From the NCBI GenBank assembly GCA_950097015.1, contig CATNEN010000029.1, forward strand, positions 7,626,001 through 7,690,000: a stretch of DNA of 64,000 nucleotides, read 5' to 3'. Positions 14,001 through 29,849 of this stretch are shown here, piece by piece. Numbering within the stretch: position 1 is the first letter of the stretch; each line of letters opens with the position of its first letter. Origin of the DNA: Macrostomum hystrix (taxonomy: Eukaryota; Animalia; Platyhelminthes). A program made the position numbers and the translations under genes. The notes under the pieces are model-generated. The model searched no databases. It was not told the origin of the DNA and saw nothing but the letters and a program-made list of their open reading frames with translations.

Positions 14001-14254
14001 TCTTCCAACAGACGGAGCCGCGTTGGAAGGCATTCAGTGGTGAGAGAGATTCTGATTGCTTTTTGCTTTTCATGTGTTTTTTCTGTTACAACTGAAAACA
14101 TGAAGCCTTTTTACAAATTGCAGGCGATTTCTCTGAAGCGTTTCTGTCGGCGGGCCAGGGCCGGCAGACCGGCTTGGCTTTGTTGAACTTGCTTCTAATT
14201 CTTTGTTCTGCTGTGCTAGTACTTTGTCTGCTGAATGACAGTCGTCTTTTTTAA
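5077..14254 (+). CDS. Anosmin-1 (KAL1)-like secreted or GPI-anchored protein with Cys-box and four FN3 domains, about 751 aa after removing four extra bases
   Basis: GT-AG exons 5077-5256, 8931-8999, 9960-10019, 10348-10911, 11381-11455, 11555-11611, 11730-12147, 12589-12802, 13389-13669, 13829-14039 and 14124-14254 have compatible phases. Signal peptide, then Cys-box [37 protein letters not shown](SP)NGSRGY resembles anosmin YQFRVAAVNVHGTRGF (recalled). Hydrophobic C-terminus. Needs four single-base corrections, so it may be a pseudogene or contain assembly errors. Confidence 0.72.
5490..7082. repeat. 29-bp tandem array
   Basis: Unit ggatcctcagtctgaactgtctactctaa alternating with ggattctcaatctaaactgtctacttaaa; in intron 1 of the anosmin-like gene. 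Confidence 0.95.
7084..7640. repeat. 15-bp tandem array
   Basis: Unit agcgattagcggata, directly abutting the 29-bp array. Confidence 0.95.
10062..10305. repeat. 26-bp tandem array
   Basis: Unit cctccagttccttattgtcccaagat; intronic. Confidence 0.93.
11030..11350 (-). mobile_element. tRNA-derived SINE family A
   Basis: Reverse complement gives the tRNA-like head (gtggcagagtggttaatgcg...ctcgattcc), the cctgac..gtcagg hairpin and the gctcagga segment of family A. Confidence 0.8.
12835..13185 (+). mobile_element. tRNA-derived SINE family A
   Basis: gagagcggttaacgcg...gctcgattcc head, family A body, cagccctcctg end and AT tail. Confidence 0.85.
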
Positions 14255-14779
14255 TCATTTCACCGTATACCATCACACAGTCGCTGAGTTTATTGCAATG
14301 CATAATGATCTGAATCAAAGTGTTTGTATATATACGAGTACGAGTGTCGTCACTGGTCACTATACTACAAATATACTGAACATACTACTCTATGTAATAT
14401 GATGCTAGAGATACAGTAGTATACCTATAACATCTAGTGTTTTGGCCCTAAGTTTTTATAATGATAATTTTACTAGCTATATGGAAACTTTCATCAGATG
14501 ACACATGCTGCGAAGTGTGTTTTTTTGCTGCAGTATTTTATCAGATAGTTAACTGCAATGGAAAACGAATCCGGAACACATCTTCAGTACAAAAAATTGA
14601 ACTGCTATTTCGCAGACTGCAGGTGGTATTTGACCAAACTAAGGGATGCTTTCTAAACAAACAGAGACAGCTAATTCGAATCAGGTGCACCTGAATTACG
14701 TCAATGGAATAAAATCCCTCGCTCAAAAGTAGCTTAACTTCTTCATAATATTCTTGCCCTGAAAGCCAAGGCCGCAGCT

Positions 14780-15010
14780 ATCAGCAGTAAGCCTATAGTA
14801 ATTCGAGCTTCAGGCTTTCTGACAGAGAGGTCGTCAGTTCAAATCTCAGCTCAAGGGAGACGACTAGCGTCCTTGCTACACACTTAATTCCTCGTTGCCT
14901 CAGTTCATCCAGCTGTGAAATTATGAAATGGTTATCAGATGGGGGTAGAAATTTATATGTAATCGTCGCGGCCTCCGCAGTCCACGTGAGCTGAACAGCT
15001 GCATGACAGT
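14780..15010 (+). mobile_element. SINE family B, degenerate copy
   Basis: B-box-like gttcaaatctc, then ccttgctacacacttaattcctcgttgcctcagttcatccagctgtgaaa, a diverged version of the family B core. Confidence 0.6.
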
Positions 15011-15933
15011 GTTACAGCTATTAGCGACGTTGCACACTACTGCAGTGTACAACGTGTTACTTATCTATATACAACTTATATACTAAGCATGAAAGTGACG
15101 GCATTCCGCCTTTTGAATATACGCGAGTTTTTTCTATTTTACCTTGTATGCTTATGATACAATCAATGATCGTTTGGATATATTATATGCAAGTAATTTT
15201 ACCTACAGATAATAGTACCTGTACGATATTACTGTGGGCATCAATAGTAGACATCCATAGTTTTGGCTGGCATCGGCCAATGAAAAAATTGGTAAAATTA
15301 TGTCGTTTACTATTCAAAGTCCCAACTTATCATCATATGTTCTCACGTAATCCACCTCACAATTTTTGTGCAAACAAATTTTGGTCTGATGTAATCTAAA
15401 TTATAAACAAAAAACGGAATTGTTTTTTTGTTGATGATATTTTGCAGTATTCTATTATATCAGATATTAGTAAAAAAACTGCATGGAGCACGACCTGCAA
15501 GTACAAATTGTATAACATCTTTACTGCAATATGCACATAATGCGCAAGCTAAAAGCTGGGTCGAAGATAATTGGTACAATACATTTATTCTCTAGAGCTA
15601 GCAAAGCTCTTTTATTAAAAAACTTATTCACAAATTCTTATTTTCCAGAAATACGAAAAAACGATAATCCAAGATAATTCGTGATGACGAGAGTTAGACA
15701 CTGTGTCGTTAGCTAACGCTGTTGCATCGAAGAAATTACGGGCGTGTTCAAAAGTAAAAGTTGTAGACGGAACTTTCGACTTAAATTATATTGTTGCGAA
15801 TTATTTATTGAGAAAGTATTTATTGTTTATATTTTATTAGCGAAATGTCGGTAACGCGCCGAGCACGAAAAAGACACGAAGATGACTTAAAATCTAATGG
15901 AATTAACATACATTATAACCAAGTTTAACGTAA

Positions 15934-16207
15934 ACTTGGTCGGGGGTTCGATTCCCGACTCCACTGGAACAATTTGCGTTCTTTAGCAAGACACTTAACT
16001 CTGCATTGCTTCAGTTCACCCAGCTGTTAAATGGGTACCAGCATCAGCTGGGATAATTGAAGGTGGGTGTGGCGTCCCCCCAGTCCGTGGACTGAACAGC
16101 TGTACGCAGCCTTCAGATGCGCCGCGCATTAGCTGCGGCTGTGCTGTCGGCTGCACATCTGACCCAATTGGGGCAGGTGTAATCAATTATTAACGTAAAC
16201 ATACTGT
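15934..16207 (+). mobile_element. SINE family B (tRNA head plus CORE-like domain)
   Basis: B box ggttcgattccc; core ctttagcaagacacttaac..gcttcagttcacccagctgttaaatgggtacc; high identity to the copy at 31221-31500. Confidence 0.85.
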
Positions 16208-17949
16208 AAAACTAAGTGCTATAGGCCTACGTACAGTAATCCGTTAGGCTAGATAAGTTTAATTAATCAGCGCACCTTTTTGAGGGAAAGGGACAGTAAT
16301 GTTACTAAGTCTGTCATCTTCTATATATATTTCTTTGTTCTCAAAATTTTAACCACATTTTATTTTGTTTTGACGATTAGGCCTGTGTAAGTAGATTATG
16401 ACTTTGCCTGATGCAGATGAATTGGCTGGCTCTTTTGGATTAATAGCAATTATTGCAGCCTGGCCTGCTTGTACCTCATTCGACTTAGCTAAAATCAATC
16501 TGTAACTTCGCAGAGTTAGATTTTAGTTATTAAAGTTAACTTCGTCATCCATAAAGTTCTTCCAATAGGGCCTACCTTGTGCTAGAAGAACTGGCACATT
16601 GTGTGCAATCTGAAAATTAAATCAATGATGACAGCTTGGTCAATATTTCTGCAGACAAAAATCTTGGTTAAAAGTTGGTGGTCCAACTTTTGTCCAAAAG
16701 TTGTGTTTTGCCAAAAGCATGAAGTATTGCTATTTGCTATTGACAGTTGAATATAGCATTCTTTGAATTAAAAGCTTGTTTAATATACTTAAGCTAATGA
16801 TTGAGACAGTGGTCCTGTATCAATGAAACGAGGGACTAACTTTGACAATAAGTTTGCATATGCATACACAATATAATACATTGGTTTGTGTCTACATGGA
16901 CTATTTAAGTCCATGTAGACACATGGACTACATGGAGTTTGTGAACGTAGCATTGCCATTATGAGCAATTGATTATCATCCTTTTGTGTCATCTAAGTTA
17001 GTAGGAGCCTATATTTATCACTTGTAAAAGAATGCCCACTGTTCTACTCAGGCTAATATGCTACACTTGTTAAAACTCAAAATATGAAAACACAAATTAT
17101 ATGTGAATACTTTTGGCTGGTTCTGAATCTGAGTAAATAGGTAGGTCTGAATCTAAACAAAGTTTATACTTATATGGTTAGCTTTAGCTTTTTTTTAGAA
17201 TTAATTATTTTTTAATTTCTTATTGCTGATGCCTATGTTGGGTTTTCTAGGCTGTCATTATTCATAAGCATAGCCAATACTTGTAAGTCAGCCACTGTCA
17301 GGAAGGTGTCCTGCACACCAGAATTTTCTGGCATGCATTCGCCCTTCATAGTTCATTGGTATACATATTTGGTATGTTTGAATCTTAGAAACCTATATTT
17401 GGTATAAAATATATATTTCACTGTGTTTCATTGTGGCATGTATAAAAAGCAAAATATAAAAAGTTTGTATTTGTATAAAAATGTTTGTATAAAAAAAATA
17501 ATAAATAAAAAAAACAAATTTTAATTTAAATTTGAAGACAGAATATGTCCATAGGACCATATAATAAATGCTGGCTGGTCTTTGTTGAATGTATTATGCT
17601 TGCAACTTGTTTATTTTCAATCATTGCAGTTGCCTCAAGGTTAATGATATCCCTATATTCTCAAAGTTTTGTTTAATTACTCTCAAGCAATTTTTAAATG
17701 CTACATATCTCTCATGTGATGTGCAAATGCAATAAATGTGGGTTATACATCACATGTAATAATATCTCAGTGCATATATTTTAACCCTATTAAGGCTGCA
17801 TAAAATGATGTAGAAACTTTGAGTAGTAATTGTAGATGCTCCCTCAACAGTGGTCATGCCAATTGAGGTCTAGACATGTGAAGAATTTTTCCTGTGCCTG
17901 GGCCTAAACATTTCATGGAGTGGTTGAAGATGCCAGTGGGTTGGCTTTG

Positions 17950-18420
17950 CCTTGGCCTTGTTTTCAGGGAATATGGAGCCTAGAAAGCTTTTGGCTAGTA
18001 GTAGTTGTAGTTTGGAGGGTGCAATACAGTGGCAGAGTTTTTGGTTGCCACTTAAGCTTCTGGTTTGACATAGTCTCTAGTTACCAGGTCCCTATGGCAT
18101 ACCTGAGCATCACCCTGTAGAGTGCATCAAGAGCATCCTCCGGTGTCTTTGTCACCGATATCATTTTTAGTCCATAGAGCAGCATAGGTTCAACTGCTAT
18201 GCAAAGAATCTTGATTGTCAGTTTGTTGTTGGCTGCGAGGTTGAAGATGGCTCTTAGTAATCAAGCTGCATGCCAGGCAGCTTCAGTCTACAATAATGCA
18301 TCAGCATTAGCCACAAGGGAGCCAAGGTAGTGGAAGTCCTTGTATTCTGCATTTGGCAACCAAGTCTTTATATGAATGAGTCAGAGGGATATCAGTCAGA
18401 ACTGGATCTTGGATCTGGTT
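17950..18420 (-). mobile_element. Decayed RTE-like LINE fragment (RT C-terminus)
   Basis: Minus strand gives DFHYLGSLVA (about 18308-18339) and AVEPMLLYG, matching FVYLGG and [10 protein letters not shown] of the intact element. Interrupted by stops. Confidence 0.65.
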
Positions 18421-19335
18421 TGACCTACAGCAGTCTTGCTAGTCTAAAAAATAGCTAATACTGTTAGTTAGGCCTACTTGCATGACCACAGTTTTGTATT
18501 TACTGTAAGCCCAACTTTAGCTCTTTGCTTGCACAGTCTGGTCAGAGTACACTGAGCCTGTGGAGTCTTGCAGGCCAGAGGGATTTTGTAGGAAAAAGCT
18601 AGGGCAGCTGGCATCATAGCCTGGTGCCATTTGCTTCTGTGGTAAGCAAATTCGTAGCTGTCTATTTCTTGCCAGCTTTGGTGGAGTTTTAAGCTTGTTC
18701 TTATAACTCCACCATAACTCCAACATAATTCATCCTGCGACCATGATTTATCAGTAGAAAAAGTGCTTCGTTATGTGTAAAGCACTCAGTTATGTCAGAC
18801 TTACTAAGTGCTAGTAGAAGAAACTTCTTTACACTGCATTAGCAAACATCTGAGTCCTTTGTCAGCTGCTCTTTACTCACAGCAGCAGGCCTCTAAATTA
18901 AACTTTGCACATTGCTGCAGATCAAAACAGTTTCTTGTAGTAGCAGCTTCACTAATTTTCTAGAAGCTTTGCAGAAAAAATCTATAAGATGCTGACCTGG
19001 CACTAAGAATAGACAGGGTTGCCCTATAATATTAAGCTTGCCTTTGCTAAATGATAAGTGGTAAACAGAGCACGACAGCGTAGACCTGTGCCAGTTGAAG
19101 GTCAGCTTCTAATGCATTTTATTTAACTGTTTGCTAAGAAACTGTGCAGGGGTCGGTATTTTTATGCTGACTGCAGGAAGTGCTTCTGTTAAGTTGCAAT
19201 ATTTGGCTGACAAAAATGTTTCTAAGTCTGCCAGCATTTCTCTTCTAGTAACTCTTGGTGGCTAGGTAAAAGAGGCAGTGGCAAAGTAATTTTACTTTAA
19301 ATGATCTTGAAGAAAGAGAAAACTAAACTGTAAAG

Positions 19336-19803
19336 CAGGGGTCGGCAAACTCCGGCCCGCGGGCCAGATGCGGCCCTCGAAGCTCCCAAAATCGGCCCGT
19401 TGCCCCTTCTGACATGATCTACAGTGTCCTGTTTCATCTCTCTCGTGTCTTATCTCTCCTGTCTCATCTCTCCCGTGTATTATCTCTCCCGTGTCTTATC
19501 TCTCCCGTGTCTCATCTCTCCCGTGTCTTATCTCTCCCGTGTCTCATCTCTCCCGTGTCTCATCTCTCCCGTGTCTCATCTCTCCCGTGTCTCATCTCTC
19601 CCGTGTCTTATCTCTCCCGTGTCTCATCTCTCCCGTGTATTATCTCTCCCGTGTCTTATCTCTCCCGTGTCTCATCTCTCCCGTGTCTCATCTCTCCCGT
19701 GTCTCATCTCTCCCCTATCTCATATTTATACAGTCAATGCGGCCCGCTGTCGTCTTTTAGGTTCTCTCTTTGGCCCGCCAGCAAATAAGTTTGCCTACCC
19801 CTG
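19336..19803. mobile_element. hAT (Charlie/Ac-like) MITE, 468 bp, with an internal minisatellite
   Basis: 16-bp TIRs caggggtcggcaaact and agtttgcctacccctg (15/16 match). Perfect 8-bp TSD ctgtaaag at 19328-19335 and 19804-19811. Subterminal GGCCCG motifs. Confidence 0.93.
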
Positions 19804-20801
19804 CTGTAAAGTTTTCGCTAGTGAAAAGTTGTTGATGACCAAAAAATAGCATTCGAGCTAAATAGAGGACAAAAATGAACCAACTTGGTGTCGCCGGAAG
19901 AATAGCTATTGCTGCTTCGTTTCTCGCTTGACGGCCTCTTAAAATCGCCTAGCAAGAGCAAGTAAGACCCCCTATTGCTTCAGTGTGCCCAGGAGCCCAC
20001 TCTCCTTCTCTGACCACTGTTCGAACCAGCTCCATATGTTCACTGCTGTGAATTGTAACACTAATACATACGGCTGCTATTCTCTGAATAGAGCCTCCAA
20101 AATACGCCGTCCGCTGTCATTGCCACTTTAAAAAAATCAAGAAGAAACATAATTTTCAGGTGACCAGACGAAAAATCGCGTTTCAGTAACTAATTACTAT
20201 GTGACTAGTGTTGTACCGGTCGTCCTGCTAACACCACGGGATCCGGCGGACTCCAATATGAAGTCCAAGAGTAAAATGCAGTGTAGTAGTAGTAGCGCTG
20301 CCACCAGGGCGTCAGGACTTCTGCCTTCGGTGAGGTGAAGGATCCTTAAGGATCCCGAAAGAGATGAAGTCACGAAGTCTTGAGAAGTGCACACCGTGCT
20401 GAGTTCCAGGCGCAGTTAAGGGCTGTTAGAGTCCTGCGTAGCTCGGGTGGTGGTGGGAGGCTAAGTTAGTTTCGGGACTTAGCCAGAACTGAGCTTGCGA
20501 GCAGTCACACGCAGAGACTGAAGCGGGGAACTTGGACACTGATGGCACCGTATAACGGAGACTCTAGGAGAAATCGAAAGCAGGAGAGTAGAGGCTAAAT
20601 ATACGCAGAAATGAGGTAAAGCGGGGATAGCTGGAGGGAGAGCCTTCTAAGAGGGCCAGAGGAGCGGAGCTTATTTTATAGGTAGGGACCTCCCATAGGG
20701 CCAGTGTAAAGTTGGAAAGCATGTGATGGTATCACGTGGTTTCGAAAATTAGCAACTGACGTCAGTGGCGCCAAAAACGTCACTCCTAGGTAGGCTCTGA
20801 C

Positions 20802-23373
20802 CAGGGACTTCTATATATTGCAATCTGGACTGGAAACGCCCAGCCCGCATCTACCTTTGTGTGGCAACCATTGCCAACTAATGTATGAGAAACCAGTGGG
20901 AAATCTATCTTTTTGGGGGGTCTAGTGACTGACTTGAATCACATCGGTGGCCAAAACGATTCGAATTGAGATGTTACTGCAATGAATAAAGTAATCTCAG
21001 CCTCATTATTAGATAACATAGGCCTAGGCCTCATATATTAGACAATAAGATTTTGCGCTTGAGCATTTAGGTCTGAGCAATGCACAAATGTTTTTATAAA
21101 ATGCTAAATCGATGTAGAAAATAATATATAAAATACTTTAAATGGAAATAGCAAATAAAAAATAATGTCAATTCATGGCAGAGAGGCCGGACAGCTTGGC
21201 GATCTTTCTCTTCTTTCCGCCTTCGCGGCTGGAGAGCTCCTTGGCCAGATTCTTCATCATGCAGTTGCAAAAAGCCTTGGCCAGGCCTGCCTTCACATCG
21301 TGGCCATGTGTGCAAGTCACCAGTTGCATGAAGGACTCCAGAAAGATATCTTCGTCGGCCATCTCATCCACGAGCCCACAGAAGACCTGCTGCTGCTGCT
21401 GCACTGTCAGGAAAACCCTGCGAACGGATTCCTTCCGCCGGATCTCCTCGAAGATTTTCGGCAGAATATTCGAAGGAGGCAGTTGGAAGACACCCCGACT
21501 CTGGAAATTGTTGTAGATATTCTTCAGGTTGTGCACCGGATCAAACAGCACGAATACACGCTGGCGGGTCGTCGAGGCCGATTCAGTCCCCGAAGTCGAG
21601 TCAATATACTCGTAGAATGGATTGATGTCTCGCCCGGAGCTGCCACACAGGCCTTTGGCAAATTTCCTGTTGACCGCTGCATTGTCCATGCAGACTGCAA
21701 CGACGGTGAATGATAGCTTTCTCAGGATCTCCACGGCCTGCTGAAACCACTCGGACAGCTTATTTGCCGTCAGTACCGACACCGGGTGCATCGCCACCAT
21801 GTCCTTGAACTTCCCTGCGATGGAGCTGATCATAAAGCAGCAGATCGTTGAAGCCCGTGCACCATCCTCGTCAATGCCGCTGAGCTGGCGGTTGCTGTAC
21901 TCAACCCTTCTCGCGACGTAGATCTCATCGATGACCAAGGTCACCAGCTTCTCCGGCTGAGACAGCTTAGAAGCTCTCAGAGCAAGGTAGCCCTCGATAT
22001 CCAGGCCGCTTGAAGATCCAACTCGAGCAGTGATGGACCTCAGCGTGCGATCAGATGGAAGGCAGATGGCATCTTGATCAAGCATGGTCTTGAATGCTGA
22101 AGCACTGGTGGAGTAGATCAGGTAGGAGAACACAAGGAGATCCTCGGAGAACCTCCTGGAACGCAAAGGCTTCCTGCTTAGCTTCAGCTGCTCCAAGGCA
22201 AAACCTACGGTACGATTTTCCGTTAGCCCTTTTGCCTCCTCCAAAAGATCCTGCACCGCATCCAACAGACTGGAAGCCTTGGCTTCAGGCGCCGACTCGG
22301 TCTTGCTGAAATCCTCAGCCCAGTTCTTGATTCTCGGCATGAGATTCAACAGCTGACTGAGAGTCGAAGCCTTGCCTTCAGACAGTAGGTCGCTAAACAA
22401 GCTTGATTTCAGTGGTAGTCCGTTGGCTCCATGGGTGACGGTAAAATATTCTGCCAGGCAGATGTAACAAGAAACGTGGCACATTGGCTGAGTTTCCAGC
22501 ACATAGATGCAAAGCTTTTTATCTTGGACAGCCGTCTGAAATCCAGCTGGCTTGGTCACCTCCTGCTCCAGCCGGCGCTGAATCTCCCAAAGATCAGTTG
22601 CAGCAATGGAGTCGTCTTGCTGGAAGGCTCCAATCTTTTCGTCCAGGTCCCTCTGTTATCTCTCCATGCGATAAGACGACGTTGCAGCTGTCGCTCGTGG
22701 CGCCTTCTTGTCTGTTGACAAGTAGATGGGAGCGTTTTGAAAGACGGATGGAACAGCTCCGGGCTTCAGACGCTTCCGCGATAGCGACTCGCTTTTCTTC
22801 TTCTTGCGTGCGGCATTGGTGTCCATCGATGTTTCGATGAAGTCATGGGCTTGAAAATGAAGCGAGCAGATCTTTGAATGCTTCGTGGGCTCGAAATTCT
22901 TTCTTGGATTCGCTCGTTTCCATTTCTCAAGAAGAGCAGTGTCGTTGAGAGGGTAGCTGTGGAAGGTCACTCCAGATTCGGCGGTTGCTCGAGTAGAGCA
23001 TCCGAAAGCTGAGCAAGCATGCACCATTGAAAGCTTCACTGAAACAGGCACTTGTAAAGTTGCAACAGAAAGTTGATAGCAGTGTGAGTGTGTAGGTTTG
23101 AGATTCCAGGAGGCAGTCAGCCCTGTGCAAGACATTATATATTCTTCCGCAATGCTTGAACATCCAAGCCTGTACATTTCCTGGAATGTACAGTCCCCCT
23201 GACCCCACTCTCCTACCCCCGCCTCTTCCCAACCCTCCTGTTTCCCCCTTCAACTCGAAAACAGATAACATAGATTTTTTAGCTAGACCCAAATGCCTTG
23301 CCACACTAGCGTATAACCGGGGCAGCGTTTTATTTTCGTCGCCAGTCCAGATTGCTATATATAGAAGTCCCTG
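20802..23373 (-). mobile_element. P-superfamily (THAP) DNA transposon, internally deleted, 2572 bp
   Basis: 32-bp TIRs cagggacttctatatat[t/a]gcaatctggactgg at 20802-20833 and 23342-23373 (31/32 match). 7-bp TSD ctctgac at 20795-20801 and 23374-23380. Confidence 0.95.
21168..23027 (-). pseudogene. THAP-domain P-element transposase with one nonsense codon and an apparent internal deletion
   Basis: THAP domain MVHACSAFGC..FHSYP..W..P..HSKICSLHF..LKPGAVPSVF. Same frame continues past TAA (22656-22658) into VIDEIY, VCMDNAAVN and FDPVHNLKN. The downstream insertion domain and the third catalytic-Glu region are not recognisable. Confidence 0.85.
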
Positions 23374-23444
23374 CTCTGACTCACAATCGAAGCAGCAGTA
23401 AATATGTTTACGTGCACTTTAAATGACAAAGAGAGAGGCTAGTC

Positions 23445-23478
23445 CAGTCAGCACGTGAGGAGAATCACGTGCTGACTG
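23445..23478. promoter_or_regulatory. Perfect 14-bp inverted repeat with twin CACGTG E-boxes in the LTR
   Basis: cagtcagcacgtga-ggagaa-tcacgtgctgactg. Function not shown. Confidence 0.4.
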
Positions 23479-23799
23479 AGGGCAGGCAAGCGCACGCAGA
23501 GAACGGGACGTGGGAACAGCGAAGCCAGCGCGGGACAAAGAGGCAATGACTCATCCCTGGCGGGAAGAGAGCGCACTCAAAGTGCAGATGCGGCCGGGGA
23601 GGGGCAGTGAGGGACAGACCGGACAGCGCCAGAGAGGGGCGGGCCGGGCAGTCACTGAATGCCAGCAAACGGGGCACCTAAGCTACCTTGCAGGCAGGTG
23701 GGGCTGCTGACAGCTAGTAAGACACCAATAGGCCCCTAAGCAGTTGCTCACTACACTAGTCTACGACGAAATGATGAAATAAAAATATATAGGTTCTCT

Positions 23800-24025
23800 C
23801 TGTTTCATCTCTCCCGTGTATTATCTCTCCCGTGTCTTATCTCTCCCGTGTCTCATCTCTCCCGTGTATTATCTCTCCCGTGTCTTATCTCTCCCGTGTA
23901 TTATCTCTCCCGTGTCTTATCTCTCCCGTGTCTCATCTCTCCCGTGTCTCATCTCTCCCGTGTCTTATCTCTCCGGTGTCTCATCTCTCCCGTGTATTAT
24001 CTCTCCCGTGTCTTATCTCTCCCGG
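23800..24025. repeat. tctctcccgtg minisatellite
   Basis: Same units as the interior of the hAT MITE. Confidence 0.9.
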
Positions 24026-24143
24026 GGAAGACACCACGGGATCCTCCCGTGTCTTATATTTATGACACGGGATATATATTTATGTCTTTGTATTATACAA
24101 AGACAAAATATATATTTGTTCCTGCCACCAGTTACCCGCATAA

Positions 24144-28285
<4,142 letters not shown>

Positions 28286-28804
28286 ACTAGAGTCACATAA
28301 CGGTTTTTTGTGTGTCGGTTCTGTAGTATTGATATTCGCGTTATTAGAATCTAATGAACTAGTTTCAATACAAAATTACTTTGTCTAGTAAAATGCATTA
28401 CTAATAATCAGGACAGCTTGAATGGTTCAACAGTAGAACTACCAAGGGCCACCTGACAATTTTTTCTGCACCCGAACGGATCAACGCAAGCGCGTGAAAC
28501 TTAAGAACACGGGCCAACTTTTTGTTGCGCATCTTCTGAAACAAGAATCAAGTCGCCAGCTCTTCAGACAATGGTATATTATTATATGACAAGATATTCA
28601 ATGGTTCTGGCCGAAGGTCTGATTTTTCCCATAACCGCTAGTGCATTTCATACGCCCCTATACACGAATTAGCACTGCGCCTCAGTGCGGCCTTGCCAGG
28701 CCTTTAAAATTTATCAGCATGTCACCCGAATGTGCCTGCATTATCTCCGTCTTCGGTGGTCACCTACCTTTATCTAGACGGACTGCTGGACCTTCAATGG
28801 CTAC

Positions 28805-29144
28805 GGCGGTCGGTGGCAGAGCGTTTAACGCGTTTGCCTCTCGCACCACGGTCCCTAAGTTCGATTCCACGGCGAGGCCACTTTTATTTGGGGCGCAGCC
28901 GCGGAGAGAAGGCTTGGGGGCTTGTCGTGCAATTTACGCCTTTGAGGGCCAACCTCCAAGGCACAGTGAAATGTACACTGCCTGACGATGAGAAAGTGAG
29001 CGTGTGCCTGCGTACGGTATCTGTGTGCGCGTGTGCTCAGGAGTCAGCGAAATGGGCGGAATTGCCTCCTCGCTGGCTGCGGGTCTAGTGTCACCAAATG
29101 ATGGGCCACTGCTCGCAGCCCTCCTGCAATTATTTTTATTATTA
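28805..29144 (+). mobile_element. tRNA-derived SINE family A with 12-bp TSD
   Basis: A box tggcagagcgt, B box gttcgattcc, (att)n tail. TSD ttcaatggctac at 28793-28804 and 29145-29156. Confidence 0.92.
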
Positions 29145-29849
29145 TTCAATGGCTACAACTGGTGTAACTAGGCCACTATGGACACCCTGACGCAAATTTC
29201 TCCAATTTTGTTAAAATATTAAGCGCAGCTCAAACACAGTACAACCTGGCCTAGTCTGTCATTCACATTTGACATTGGTTAGCATTCAGGCGCTGCAAAA
29301 AATTTTCTGGGGGAGAAATTCCCCCCTCTTGGTATAAAAACGGGCGGCAAAATGGCTTGGTAGTCCTACTGTGAACCTGAGTAAAATTAGGTCCTGTATC
29401 AGTAACAGGTTGAATTGTGAATCTGATTTTTCAGCATTACTCAAAACTTATGCCAAATAATGGTTTGAGATAATTGTTTAGCCTTGATTTATTAAACAGT
29501 TCCACCTGTTTGAATTATATTTAGTGCCTGCATTTAAATTCTCAAATGATCGATATTATTTTATAATTGAAGTTAACAAACAAGTTGCATTACTTCTGCA
29601 TTACATATTGATTATGTCAGGTTAATAGTGTTTTTATTTTCAGTTGAGGCAATTACGCATAGCAAACGGAAGTCACTGATAAAATGTTATTATAACTTTT
29701 TTATTTTTCTTTCTACTCATTCGAAAAGCAGTATGTTAGTTTTTTTGTATCCAGTCTTATATCCTATTAAATTCCTAATTGGATTTCATAAGTTAGGTTG
29801 TCCTGCAATTTTTTCTTGATCACTCAGATTGCACTTCCTGCAGACCCTA

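Larger units (their letters stand above)
20209..23755 (-). mobile_element. Solo LTR (about 968 bp, gypsy-like) split by a P-element insertion
   Basis: TG...CA ends (tgttgta...actaca) with 4-bp TSD ctag at 20205-20208 and 23756-23759. TATAAAA on the minus strand at about 20674-20680. No gag/pol seen. Orientation inferred from the TATA box only. Confidence 0.7.

Noticed and set aside
28805-28870. tRNA genes at the heads of the SINE copies
   Set aside because: A and B boxes are present, but there is no complete cloverleaf and the sequence continues into a shared SINE body with TSDs.
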